Part shown: piece by piece, positions 1-13,364 of the stretch
How the letters are laid out: every line of letters starts with the position of its first letter
How positions within the stretch are numbered: the first letter of the stretch is position 1
Source: Amoebidium appalachense
Taxonomy: Eukaryota; Protista; Ichthyosporea
Direction of reading: 5' to 3'
Length of the DNA: 64,000 bases
NCBI GenBank assembly: GCA_963693365.1
Contig: CAVNZM010000002.1
Span: 14,603,615 to 14,667,614, forward strand
Program-made: the position numbers and the translations under genes
The notes under the pieces: model-generated
Told to the model about the DNA's origin: nothing
The model's database searches: none
What the model saw: only the letters and a program-made list of their open reading frames with translations

Positions 1-394
1 GGTGTCCACGGGCCCTGGTGAGACAGTGTTGACGGTGATGCCTGGTGGCGGATGTGTGTTGTACAGTGTGAGTACATACCTAAGGATCATATAACTTAAA
101 GCGGAAGAGGGTTTGGGGGACATGGGAGGGAAGGGGAGGGAGAGGGGAGGATGGGGGCCGAAAGAAGCTCTAGAAAGCTGCGAGGGATAACTTGAATTAA
201 ATTACTAAGTTGACTTGTCAACGAGGACTCGTCTGAGGGTGCTATTGTATTAGAAATGGGTAGAGGGGGGGGGGGGGTTCAAGGTGCGTGTGTGCGTGAG
301 GGGTGCTATGGTGGGGGCAGGGGGGGAGAGGCGGGGGCCCAGGGAGGGGGGAGGGGGGGGGGGAGGGAGGGGAGCTGCGTGCACAGTTTTTTTT

Positions 395-437
<43 letters not shown>

Positions 438-693
438 GGGGGAGGGGGGGGGGGGAGGGCAGGGCGGGGTTTGCACGTACCCTTTGAGCCGACCTCCTTT
501 GCCAGGGCCTTTGTCAGCTGCTCGACTGCCCCCTTTGCTGCCGTGTAGAGGCCCCAGGCAACGTGGGGCTGGATGGTGAGTGAGGCACCCATGTTGATGA
601 TCCGCCCTCCCTCCGGCATGTGCTGGCGTGAAGAAAGAGTTACTGACTTGAACGAAAATTTGCCACGTTTTGGGAGAAACAAATTGCGGGGCA

Positions 694-731
<38 letters not shown>

Positions 732-742
732 CCGTTTGAAGG

Positions 743-781
<39 letters not shown>

Positions 782-1102
782 TAGATATATCATGATAAAT
801 ATTTGGTTCCACTTCTGAGTTTCTGGTTCGCTGTACCATTGCAATTCTCCGGAAGTGCTCCGTGACGTAATATGTGCCAGAGAAGGTGTGTAGCTTTGTA
901 GACACAAGCACTTATGTGTACATGCATAAAAATATAAGCAAGCCTGGAAGGGCTGGGCCAGAATTCGAAAAACCCTTACGGCGAGGGAGGGAGTGTTTAC
1001 ACAGAAAAGGCCCCTGTGACGAAGAGGGAGCCTCGGTTGTTGGAATGGGTTGAATACATGTGCGCGCACGTGTATGCGACGGCCCCCGTGGGGGCGGGGG
1101 GG

Positions 1103-1144
<42 letters not shown>

Positions 1145-1937
1145 ACGTGGGGAGGGGGGGCGGAAGGTGGGGAGGGGGGGGGGGGGGGGGGGGGGTCAGG
1201 ATGTACCTTGATGACCTCCTTGCAGAGGAAGAAGGGGCCCTTGACGTCGGTGGCAAACATGCGGTCAAAGTCGGCCTCGGTCAGCTCGGCCACGGTCTTG
1301 TGCACAACGTCCCCGGCACAATTGACCAGAATGTCGATGTGCTGGGGCTCCTCCCCGCACAGGTTCAGCGTCCTGCCCATCAGACCGGGTTTGATACCGT
1401 ATACTTGCCGGTTTCTTTGGTGGTTGCTCTTTTTTGGGAGGGACAAGGGGGGGCTGGTTGGAGAGGACCCCGGAACGGGGGGGGAGGGGAGGGGGAGAGG
1501 GGGAGGGGGGTAAGGGCGTGATTGCTTTATAGATTCGAAGGAGAGGGAACCACAGAGGATCTCTGAAGGAGGGTAACCGGGGGGGGGGGGGGGGGTTTCG
1601 GCTGTTGGGTCGACTTATGTGGAAATAGTAACGGCACTGGTTAATGAAAATAGGGGCAGGGGAAGGGTTTTGTGTTTGCGCAAAAGAGGTGGGGAGGGGG
1701 GGGGGGGGGGGCTGAGTAAGGATGACACGTAATGTAGGAGTGAGGACTCCGATAGCATCTTTTCAATCAGAAAGAATACCATGGAAATGTAAGAAAAAAC
1801 AGTCAGAACATTTCCTTCTGTTTTTAGATTGGTTGATTTTTTTTTCCTTTTTTAGCTCGCGCACGCGCTTGTGTGCGCGTGTGCGTGTGCTTGTGCGTGT
1901 GGGTGTGGGTGTGGGACTTTTTGTCTTTCTTTTTTTT

Positions 1938-1992
<55 letters not shown>

Positions 1993-2079
1993 ACTGAAAA
2001 TTTCTCAATGCAAGTTTTTTTTTTTTTTTTGTCAACGCTTCCTTTTTTGTGTGTGTGTGTGCAGGACTTTTTTCTTTTT

Positions 2080-2155
<76 letters not shown>

Positions 2156-2429
2156 GACAGAGAGAAGAAGGGAGAGGCACGTACTTCTGGACGAGGGTTG
2201 TGAGCTGGTTGAGGTCGGTCAGGTCGGCCTGCATGCACTCGGCCTTGCCGCCTGCATCCTTGATGCGCTGGGCCACGTCCTTGGCCGCCTGCACCTGGCC
2301 CTCGTCCTTATAGTTGACCACCACACACGCCCCCTTGCTGCCCAGACGCACGGCCGCCTCCGCACCAATCCCGCTGGCTGCCCCCGTCACAATCGCAAGC
2401 TTGCCGTGCAGAGAATGCTGGTGCGCCAT
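1..2429 (-). CDS. Classical short-chain dehydrogenase/reductase (3-oxoacyl-ACP reductase-like), paralogue A; 3' end runs off the window
   Basis: Exons 2429-2185, 1372-1207, 622-481, 41-<1 joined by GT-AG introns. Motifs TGAASGIG, IDILVNCAG, YxxxK (LYTAAKG) and GITVNTVSPGPVDT. Confidence 0.92.
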
Positions 2430-2557
2430 CGTGGTGTTTTGTGAAATTCTGGTGTGGGGAAAGGTAGAAATGTCACGACTCAGTGATGGAAAGAACGGAG
2501 TAGGTTTCAATTTGGCAAGGCCTGGGTGATAATGATTGCATGTGTCGTGATTTTCGT

Positions 2558-2567
2558 TTTATACCTG
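2558..2567 (-). promoter_or_regulatory. Putative TATA box (CAGGTATAAA) of SDR paralogue A
   Basis: The same 10-mer lies ~125-130 nt upstream of the ATG in both SDR copies although the flanks have otherwise diverged. Confidence 0.5.
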
Positions 2568-3844
2568 TCGTGTCAACACTTTTCCACCCATTGCTGAATC
2601 AGCAGAACTTAGCCGACTCAGTCATTTTGTATGTGTGCCCACACGTGTCACTGTCCGGGTGAGTGCTCAGGCTTTTTCGTGTACAACAGTGCACACGTCC
2701 AAATAATCATGTATGCCATCGTATATGCACCATGATATACGGGCAAAGATGGAGGGGGGGGGGGGGGGGGAGGGGGGGGGGGGAGGGGGGGGGGAGGGGG
2801 GTGGAGGGGGGGAGGGAGGGGGGTGGGGGGGGGGGGGGGGGGGGTAGCCTGGAAGGGGATGGATGTGACAAAAGGGTTAAAGCTTTGAGGGAGAGATGCA
2901 GGGCTATGTAGCCCACCCCCTTTGCTCTGAGCGTTTACACAGACAAGAGCACACTGTGCTCATCAAACACGTGTTTGTGATGATCACTTTCACGGGAGAA
3001 GGGATTGTTCTGGAAGATTACCGACCAGTGCTTCATGCTTGGTGTGTGAATTGCTTAGGCGCATATCATATGAGTCGATGTCGTGTACTACAGACAGTTT
3101 ATCTCAGGATTTTTTTTGACTCAACCCTATAATGTGGCGTATACGGTGCACGAGTTTTCAAAAATCCCCACAGTATTTACCTATTCCTTAGAGTTTGTGT
3201 TTGCTCTTGAATCAGGTTTTTTTTTTTCCTCCTTCAGAATCTGTCTGTAACACTGTCCTTTTCCTATGCCCAAAATGAACTGCAACTGTCATATCACGTG
3301 CCAACCTCTCCCTATTGGAATTCAACTGTGACGACATGTAAATTGCAAGGGCACGTGATCGGAACACTGACAGCTCCAATACTCACTTACAATCCCATGT
3401 GGCATGTAGGTGCTCGCACACACACACAAAGTGTCACATCCCTAATTTGTGCTTTACACAAGTCATAAGGCGAGTTAGCGTTTTTGTATTTTGAAAGTTT
3501 TTGTACAATATATATGGACTGTCTAAATTTTTAGACACTGGGCCGTGATGGGAGAAAACGAGACGAAACAGCCTTCATGTGTGTCATGTGCAACATGAAT
3601 CTCGCCACGGAAAACTCTCTCTCGATAAACTTTGCCCACGAAAAATCCCGGAGAACCCACAAATGTGGGACAAATGTAAGAAAAATGACATACAAAAACA
3701 CAGAGGTTTTATGGGTTTAGCTTCTTTCTGTCTGCTTTTGCAAACCTGACATCTGACTAAGCTCAACCCATATCTTGGGGCAAAGCAAGTACATGCATGT
3801 GTCAGCATTTATTGCCTGTCAGCAGATCTCCCCCGGGGGTTCGT

Positions 3845-3854
3845 CAGGTATAAA
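3845..3854 (+). promoter_or_regulatory. Putative TATA box (CAGGTATAAA) of SDR paralogue B
   Basis: Identical to the motif upstream of paralogue A, at an equivalent distance from the ATG. Confidence 0.5.
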
Positions 3855-3977
3855 GTCATTTTTTTTCTATCCAAGCCATCAGTTTCTGTGTTTCCCCTGC
3901 CAGACTTTCAAGAAACCTTGAATTATTTCTCCTTTCTTCGACCCTCTTTTCTTTTGTTTCTCCCTTTCAACACCACG

Positions 3978-4228
3978 ATGGCGCACCAGCATTCTCTACA
4001 CGGCAAGCTTGCGATTGTGACGGGGGCAGCCAGCGGGATTGGTGCGGAGACAGCCGTGCGTCTGGGCAGCAAGGGGGCGTGTGTGGTGGTCAACTACAAG
4101 GACGAGGGCCAGGTGCAGGCGGCCAAGGACGTGGCCCAGCGCATCAAGGATGCAGGTGGCAAGGCCGAGTGCATGCAGGCCGACCTGACCGACCTCAGCC
4201 AGCTCACAGCACTCGTCCAGAAGTCTGT

Positions 4229-4267
<39 letters not shown>

Positions 4268-4400
4268 CCCCTCCCACCCCACACACACACACATGCGCGC
4301 GCAAAAAGAAAGCGAAAGAAACTGCTCTATTACATCGTCTTTCCTCCCCCGGATCCATCCTTTCTCCTCATCTCTCCCTTTCACCACTTCTCTAGGGTCT

Positions 4401-4463
<63 letters not shown>

Positions 4464-4536
4464 TTCTTTGGTGGTGCCACGGTGGTGGTGGTGGCGGCGG
4501 TGGCGGCAGTGGTGGTGGTTTTTTTCTTTTTTTTGT

Positions 4537-4569
<33 letters not shown>

Positions 4570-6318
4570 GGGGGGGGGGGAGGGTTGGAGGGGGGGGGGG
4601 GGGGGGGGGCTTTTCCGTGTTCGTTTTCCTGTCTATTTTTGCCTCTATGCTTACCTCGTGTTTCCTGCATTTCTTTTTACCACAAAAAATCCTTAATCTT
4701 CCCGTTTCCCTCTTTTTTGTCTTTCTATCCTAATTTCCAAATTCCTTCCTTTGTTCCACCATACTTTCTTCAAGTCTTTTTTTCATTTCGTTAATTTTAC
4801 TTAGTTTTTTTTTTAGTTCTTCCACGATAGGTAGGTGCTTTCCGGCTATAATTTCTTTTCTGTGTCTTGTTTTTGCACTTCATTCAGGCCCACAAGATAC
4901 AGTGGGGGGGGGGAGGGGGAGGGAATAGGCTTGAGCTGTGTTTTTGTGGATAGTGGAGGGAAAAGCGAGATTAGTTGTCAGCCATAGTGAGAATCGTGCC
5001 ATCTACGCCTCCAAATTAACGGCCTTCAAGCAACCTAACCTGCCTTTTTTTGTGCAGGACGCTGAACCTATGCGGGGAGGGGCACCAGCACATCGACATT
5101 CTGGTCAACTGTGCCGGGGACGTTGTGCACAAGACCGTGGCCGAGCTGACCGAGGACGACTTTGACCGCATGTTTGCCACCGACGTCAAGGGCCCCTTCT
5201 TCCTGTGCAAGGAGGTCATCAAGGTGGCAAACCCCCCCCCCCCCCCCTCCCCCTGCTGCCCCGCCCCCTCAAACTTCCGCACACACCCCAAATAGGGTAT
5301 CTACCCCCCCCCCCCCCCCCCCCCGGGGAAATAGAAACAAAAAACATGTAATACGGCATTAAGTCTTAGGTCCCATACCTGCACATTTTGAGTTCACTGA
5401 CAGGTTCATAAAAACGCAATCCCATCAGCACATGCCAGAGGGAGGGCGTATCATCAACATGGGTGCATCGTTCACCATCCAGCCCCACGCTGCCTGGGGG
5501 CTCTACACGGCAGCAAAGGGGGCAGTCGAGCAGCTGACAAAGGCTCTGGCAAAGGAGGTCGGGTCAAAGGGTACGTGTAACCCCCCCTCCCCCCCCCCCC
5601 CCCCCCCGGCGCGCGCCTGCGCACGCACACACACGCACGCACGCGCGCGCGCACGCAGGCACACACGCACACACGCACAAAAAAAATTCTCCCCCTTCCC
5701 CCCCCCACCCCCACCACACACACAGAAAGAATTCTCCTCCTCCCCACCACACACACACCCACCACACACACACCCACCACACACACACCCACCACACACA
5801 CACCCACCACACACACACCCACCACACACACACCCACCACACACACACCCACCACACACACCCACCACACACACACCCACCACACACACACCACCACCAC
5901 CACCTCTTCCCACCATCCCACCCACCTACCCCTCTTCCCCAATTTCCAACGTCCCCGCAAAACTACTGAATGAACAACATTGGCCCTTCCTCCCTCCCGC
6001 CCTTACTTGCTCTCCGTTCACACCGTAGATCTCTGTGGTTTGCCACCTTTGAGGTGGGGACCCTTCTCCTGAACGTTTACAAAAAATCTTGGCGGTATGT
6101 AATGTGTTGAATTCAGTAACCAGGAGTGTTGGTGTTCCTGACATCTGAAGCGTGTTGAATTCAGTAACCAGGAGTGTTGGTGTTCCTGACATCTGAAGCT
6201 TCACTGGCAACTATAAATTACACTAATGGTGGCTATGTTATGCCCGCTAGGCATCACAGTCAACACCGTCTCTGCTGGGCCTGTGGACACCGGCATGTTC
6301 CAGAGCACCCAGGTTGGT

Positions 6319-6363
<45 letters not shown>

Positions 6364-7012
6364 AAAAAAAAAAAAAAAAAACTGAAAAAAAAAAAAATAA
6401 CACAAAAATCCACCGATCAAAAGCACATCCATTTTCATCCACACCACACAATCATATCCACCACATCCACATATCCCCAACCTACCCACCTACCCACCCA
6501 CCCATCCGCCCCTTCCCCCTAAAAAATAACCAAACACTGAAAAACTCACATCCGCGAAAAAAAAATAAAACAAAAAAAAAAAATCACATCTGCGCACACT
6601 GGTAAGCCACACACCTACTGGCGGGGTCAACAGCTTATGTACCCACGCAGTGATCGAATTCCACCCACACATCAGGGTACTATATGTTGTGGTGGATGTG
6701 ACTGTGTGTGCTCTGGGTTTGAATGGATGTGTTTTTGATGGGCGGATAGTAATACCGCACTACTACTAACCACCTCTTTCCGATCCGGGAAGTATTGGTG
6801 TGACACAGTCTACAGTAGGAAAACCCTAACGGTCTGCATACCGTGACACACAGGAGCAGCAAGATGCAGACTACGCCATCAAGCGCACACCCCTGGGCCG
6901 GCTGGGCAAGCCGGACGACGTTGCTGACGTCATCACGTTCCTGTGCACCCCCAAGGCCCGCTGGATCACCGGCCAGAACCTGCAGGTCAACGGCGGCATC
7001 GCCATGCAGTGA
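3978..7012 (+). CDS. Classical short-chain dehydrogenase/reductase, paralogue B (complete, 5 exons)
   Basis: Exons 3978-4222, 5058-5223, 5429-5570, 6251-6312, 6854-7012. MAHQHSLHGKLAIVTGAASGIG...LYTAAKG...TPLGRLGKPDDVADVITFL...WITGQNLQVNGG; same intron positions as paralogue A. Confidence 0.93.
5745..5895. repeat. ~15-bp minisatellite (CCACCACACACACAC)n
   Basis: Direct tandem copies visible in SDR B intron 3. Confidence 0.8.
6104..6199. repeat. 48-bp direct tandem duplication
   Basis: GTGTTGAATTCAGTAACCAGGAGTGTTGGTGTTCCTGACATCTGAAGC occurs twice back to back. Confidence 0.9.
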
Positions 7013-7811
7013 AAAACCCCCACCAGACTGGGAATTTCATGTTTTTTGAGGTGTAGGCATATGAGCTGGAAATTTGGGTGGGTGGTGTGCAATTAGCCTG
7101 AAGTGCAGTCATCTTTTTAAGGTAACTTTTGGATATGTATGCAATTTTGTTTGTTGTAAGTACGAATATCACGTCATATTATGATGCTGTTTACGTATTT
7201 TTTGGAAAAGGAACCATCCGAGTTGGTGGCAGGTGGGTGGGCATGTACATATATTTGGAAATGACGTTGCCACGTTGAGCGGGCACGGTGCAACTCTAGA
7301 TCTGGGAGTACAATCTTTGCCTTAAACAATAAAATGTTGTTAAAACCACGTTCGTGTTTGTCCGGGTGATGCTGAGCCCTGTGCTGTACTCCTTTTTTCT
7401 GCATGCTGCGACTTCGCTTGCCCAGTGGGTGTGCATGTATATATAACTCGCTACAACTTTTTTCCAGTGCAGTTTCTCCTGTGCATCCGTGGTGCGTCTT
7501 GTAGGATATTGAAGGAGACACGTGTGCAATTCCTGGAAAGGAAGGAATCACTCCACAAAAACACAAATCACTTTTCTTGACTGTTAAAACTTTGCCAAAT
7601 GCCCACACATGCTAAGTTTCTGCACATTTAAACCCATTTAATCAACACCTTCCAATAAAACTCTAAATCTAGCACACACACACTTTAATACTTTAATACT
7701 TGTGTTAATAACAAGGAAATTCGGGTACCTAGTGTGCAAAAATGGTTACATATTCCATATGATACTAGTTGTGCTGGGACTGTTGTCTACACGAAGACCG
7801 ATCCCCCCTCC

Positions 7812-7859
<48 letters not shown>

Positions 7860-8717
7860 ATTCCCTTCCGCTGCCGCCGCCCACCACCACCACAAACATG
7901 TAAAGTACACACACACACCACATACACTGCCAGTGGTCCGGATGCACTGTTTCCCTTCCGTCCTATTACGAATACACCGATTTTGGTATCGGCTGTGTTA
8001 CATTACCAAACCCAACATTTTTATCCCTGTCTGCTCCTCCCCAGATATCAATGCATGCAGAGGGATGAAGTGTACAAGCCAGCTGTGTGGTGCGTGTGTG
8101 CGCATGCGTGTGTTTGTGTGGGGGCGCTTATGCAGCAGGTGTGCGTGTGCGCGCGTGTGTGGACGCATGCGCAAGTGTGTGTGGGTGTCTGCAGCTTTTG
8201 GGTGGTGGTGGTGGTGGTGGCTCTTTGGGGGGGGAAGGGTGGGGGGGAGGGAGGAGGGGGGAAGCAGTCTGCCGATTCAATCAGGTGACTGATAGGGTGA
8301 CTTGTGTGCATTTTATGGGTGGAAGCTACCAAGGCAGGTGCACAAACTGTAGCACCACCAATAATACTGCCAATCCGCTTGAAGAAACTACTTTCTATAA
8401 CTTTCACTTGAGTATATTACCACAATATTTGCATGCTTAGTGTGCAACCAATAACTCAATGCGGCACAAAGATGTTAACATTAGCAGCTCATATTACTTT
8501 CAAAGACTACATAAGCTACCCGTCGAGTTGGGAGTAGAGTTCGATTATACATAGCTGTGTGCTCGTGCAAAACGACAAGCACACCCAACCCTTAATAATA
8601 TTATATGGCAGGCAATTTACACTATGGCTTAGATAACCCCTCCCAAAAATCATATTCATCAGGTGTTTCATATTTAACAGATTACCGTAGTCAAACTTTT
8701 AACAGCTTAGAGAGCAG

Positions 8718-8751
<34 letters not shown>

Positions 8752-8798
8752 ACCCCACCCCCCCTAAACAACCACCCACCCACCAACCACCACCACCA

Positions 8799-8838
<40 letters not shown>

Positions 8839-8912
8839 CCTCCCACTTATATTATAACAACAACAAAATGAGCAAAGAGAGAGAAAAAAAAAACGAAAAA
8901 AGGCTAAGAAAA

Positions 8913-9360
8913 TTACACAAACAGGCGTAGAGCCCCCCTATGCTCCGGCATCAACACCTCCCCCTTCACCACTCCCGTCCTCACAGCCTCCGCAATTTCG
9001 CTCTCATGCACAAAAATCAGACGCACAGCCTCAGAATGCTCCTCCTGCGCACTCTTAACCCTCCACCCATCTTCAATCTCCCTTAAACTAAGATCACACT
9101 TAACCCTCATCACCAACTGGGGTCTACAGTCGTGTGTTCTTTGCACCAATCCTACCATTTCCATGTTTTTTTCCTCAAAGTGTGACCTGTCTACGTGCAA
9201 TTCTTCGACTGCTTCCAAGAGAATGCTCACGTATAGCTCCTCCATGAGGGCTGCTTGGTTGACTTTGGAATCGTCCAAGTCGGTTATTTTCTGTGTGGGA
9301 AAGGGGAAAACGGCACGTCAGATGCTATTAGTGGAGTGCGGAATAGTTTGATACTGACAG

Positions 9361-9395
<35 letters not shown>

Positions 9396-9594
9396 CTTCC
9401 TTCCCCCCCATCCCAATCCTCCCCCCCCCTCCCCCCCCCCCCCCCCCCCTTCCCCGCCCCTCCAAACCAACCCCTTTTCTTATGAGCCTTCCACATTAAT
9501 CACTCCCAAGTTCCACCTTAACTTAACATTTACATGCAAGCCATGTATAAAATAAAGCAACAACAAACAGATCAGCCTTCCTCCATCCTCCCCC

Positions 9595-9625
<31 letters not shown>

Positions 9626-11239
9626 ATTCCCCCCCTCCCTTCCCCACTTCCTATCTGTCCCTTGCAGCACCATGATATCGTGCCCCCTCCTCCGGCCCCC
9701 ACCTCCTCAAATCAATTCACCCGTATGATCCCGTCTCCACCTATTGGTATTGATAGATTCAGCAACAAATTTAAAAACAAAGTAGTGTGGTTGGGGGGTG
9801 GATGTACGGGCATGGTAGGTAGGGAGTGGTATTGGTGTAGTGGTTGGTGTGGTTGGGGTGCCTCAGAGGCCACGGAAGAGATTGCATAGGTATATGTGGC
9901 GCGTGGTGGTCGGGAAAAGGGAAGGGGAGGGGGGCTAGTGGTTTGTGTGCGTGTACGTGTGTGTGAGTGGGTGGGTGGGTGGGTGGGTGGGGGGGGGGGG
10001 GAGGGGGGGGGGGGGGGGGGTACCAACAAATGGGGGATGGGGGATAGGGGAAAACGGAGGTCCAAATGACTGACCCATCGTTGTAGTTTGGATGTCCGGG
10101 GGTGGGCGAGGGTGTGTGTGGGGGAGGGAGGGGGGGGGAGAAGATTGTTGGTGTGGTAGATAGTAATGCAAAGCGGAACCTTCTCCATGATCAAATTCCA
10201 GCCAGTATTTGGCTAAAACCATCAACCACGCATATATACCCAGCCACACACATTTGGCACATGACCTACGTTTATTCCAAGGCGCGAAGGCTCCCCATGT
10301 CCCCCAGGGAGTGCAGCCATACCCTCCCCCTCCCCTACAGCGCTACTGCGCAATATGAATGCCACCATGTTATCTCTGGTGGTGACGTAGCAGGCACAGC
10401 CCAGGTTCATCGATAGGTGGTCCGTGCTGCAAAATGTAGAGAGGGGAGAGGTGCTTGACATGTTGGTTCCTGTAAGGGCCAATGGGGTCGTCAGGTTAAG
10501 AATGTTGATTATTGCTATGGTGGATGGCATGATTGGATGGACCCCCTCCCTCCTTCAAAAAAAAGGAAAGAAAGAAAGAAAGAAAGAGAGAAAGGGGAAA
10601 AGAAGGGGATATTATATCATGTGGTCGCTTATTGCTCTCTTCTTTCCCATCAATAAGTACTGAAAGCACTTCCGTGTCTTCGTGTGCAGTACCTAGGCTG
10701 CATTCAACCAAACTTCCTCCCTTCGTTCCTCCCCCCCCCCCCCCCCCCCTCCCCCCCTCCCCCCACCCCCCCGCCGCCCCCACCCCGATCCCTTCCCTTC
10801 TATTAACCAGCGTTCAACCTGTCTTGACAACATCCTTCCACCATAACTTTTACTGCCCCTCCTCCTCCCCTCCCTCTCCCTCACTCCCTCCTTTCCCCCC
10901 CCATCCCCCCCCCCCCTCCCCCCCCTCCCCTCCCCCCACCTCCCCCACCCACCCACCCATCCAACACTATAATCTACATATCCAAAGTGTAATGGGAGGT
11001 CCGTACCCTGGAAAGTTTTGTAGTCCGTCACCCCCAGCTTAATTGTGCATTTTCCATTCACAGTCTCCACTGCATGCAGGCGGAACTTAGTTGCATTCCA
11101 CAAAGCCTTACCCATCTTCCTCTGCTTCTCCTCCCATATCCTCTCAACGTCATCCTGCACAGGCATCCAGCCAACATAAGAGTCCTGTCAGTGAATCCCT
11201 ACGTCTACCATACCATGACTTGTTGCATTGCTCCTCCCC

Positions 11240-11270
<31 letters not shown>

Positions 11271-11572
11271 ATCCCCCCCCCCCCCCCCTCTCCCCCTGAC
11301 TCATCCCTCCCACTCCCTCCCCCCCCCCCCCACCCCCCTTCCTTCCTAAAGGAAAAAAAAAAGGTAGAAAGGAAAACAACAAAAAGAAACAGAAGATGAA
11401 GAAGAAGAAGAAAAGAGGAAAGAGAGAAAGCGAGAGAGAGAGTGGGGGGGGGGGGGGGGGGGGGGGGGAGGGGGAGGGAGGGGGTGAAAGAAACACATGC
11501 AAAGGAAGGAAGTCACCCATTCTTCTCTTCCTCCCCCCCTTTTTGCCCGACCAGCTCACCATCTGCCTGCTT

Positions 11573-11613
<41 letters not shown>

Positions 11614-12711
11614 TTCCCGCCCTCTCACACCTTTTTCCCCCATCGATAACTTTCATTCTCGTCAAGAACGCCTGCAGAGAATAACTACCAAGGGCAAACA
11701 CCTCAAGGGCAAACAAAAGTCATGGCACCAAGGATGTGCCTCATAAGCCTCCACACCCAATCGTGGCGAACAATACCCTCGGAAAGCACGAGGGATCCCG
11801 AGGGGGAAACGCCTTTCCCTTTCTTTCCCCCCCCCCCCCCCTCTCTCTCTCCTCCCCCCCCCCCCCCCCCCCCCCCCCCTCCACCTTCCTCCGCCACCCG
11901 CCCCCCCCCCCCCCCCCTTCTTTCACTCCTCTCTCTCTTTCCCCACCCTGCCCTCCTCCGCATGCATTAATAGGCAGGAGAAAAAGAAGAGGAAGAATAA
12001 GAAGAGAAAAAGAAGGGAAAAAAGCCACTGGAAAAGCCGAATAAAAAATCAAGATTCTGCTCCTTTGAATTTAATCATGAAAATATGTATATCATGCATG
12101 AAAACAATCTCCTGCTAATCAAGCAATGCTGGCTGATGTTATGCAAGGAAACAGTTCCTTGCTAGGTAGCATCAAGGACGTATGGTTGCTGAAACCTTTA
12201 GGACGACAAAAAGATCTTTTTCTTTTCTCAGATGTCATCCCAATACATACCCAGTTTTATCTCCTGCCCAGCCACACGAAGATGTATATGTATACACATA
12301 CGCTCGTACATAGAAACATGTAAATTCAACACACGCACGAGCCAATGCATATGTAGAGACACTGAGACTATCACACCTCGCATGCACAGGAACAAGCAAA
12401 CACAATAGAAATACTCCTCTCCTTCAACCCCCCACCCCATCCGTTATGCTTTTCCCAATCTCCACCGAAACAGAACCAAGAGGCTTAAGGTCGAGGAGGA
12501 GAAGATCAACGTTCAAGCACAAACTGTACAATTCTAACTCAGTTGAAAGTGTCGCACATACCTCTAGACTCTGAACAGGGTGTGGCACTCTGTTATATGC
12601 CGTGCTCAGCTTCGCCTCAAAATGTGGTTCGCCCAACTTAGCTGGTGGATCGATCCGAAGTAGGATGTCGAAATCCCGTGGAGGGTCATAATGAAAATCG
12701 TCAACTGCCAT
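8913..12711 (-). CDS. NUDT22: Nudix hydrolase, NUDT22-like (UDP-sugar pyrophosphatase family), 4 coding exons
   Basis: Exons 12711-12562, 11154-11007, 10469-10270, 9290-8913. Family-typical segments LSTAYNR, LWNATKFRL, LGVTDYKTFQGTN, RSSAVGEGEG..LPGGHGEPS and the Nudix-like SILLEAVEE. Confidence 0.85.
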
Positions 12712-13364
12712 GGTAGCTAGAGAGCAGTGAAAACGCTAGCTCTTTAAACACTGATAACCGGCCGTTTGCAGTGAAAGTGAGGTTATTATGAAACCTTTTT
12801 TTGGATAGGAGTTCCGTTTCGTGAGAGTATGTAGGCTGCCCCGAGCCGCTCGAGCTCTGTGCCTGTTTTTTTTGAAACATATACTTCAAAATTATTTGAT
12901 TGGTTAGATCTGCACCTTAGATTCCGATGCCAAAAGTTGATTGGATGGATCTGCACCAAGATCCAGGAAGATGTGTGCACACAGCACACAGCTGCATACA
13001 CCCACCAGGTCTCAGAGTCACCAGGTGCTGACACACACAAGCTGCCCAGTGTGTCCGCAGAACACTTCGAGTAAGTATAACAGTTTTCGATTGTGCCTAA
13101 CTGAGGGGCTTTTGAACGTAGACATATGCCATGGTATTTGAGGAGTAAGGGACGCGGGAAACAAATGAGCGAGCTAGCCACAAAGCCTGTCACTTACCCT
13201 TCATAGAACTACAACTTCAAGTGTCTGCTCCCTCCTTCCCCTCCCTAGCCACCAATCATAAACAGAAGCGAGCTTCGTCATTTAAACAACTCTAAATCTT
13301 GCACAAGTAACACATGGGAGATTGAGCACAGAAAATTGAGACATACATTTCTAACATCCCAAAG

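Noticed and set aside
10600-10700. Possible extra NUDT22 exon (GTAHEDTEVL...)
   Set aside because: Direct splicing 11007^10469 already restores the conserved FQGTN motif.
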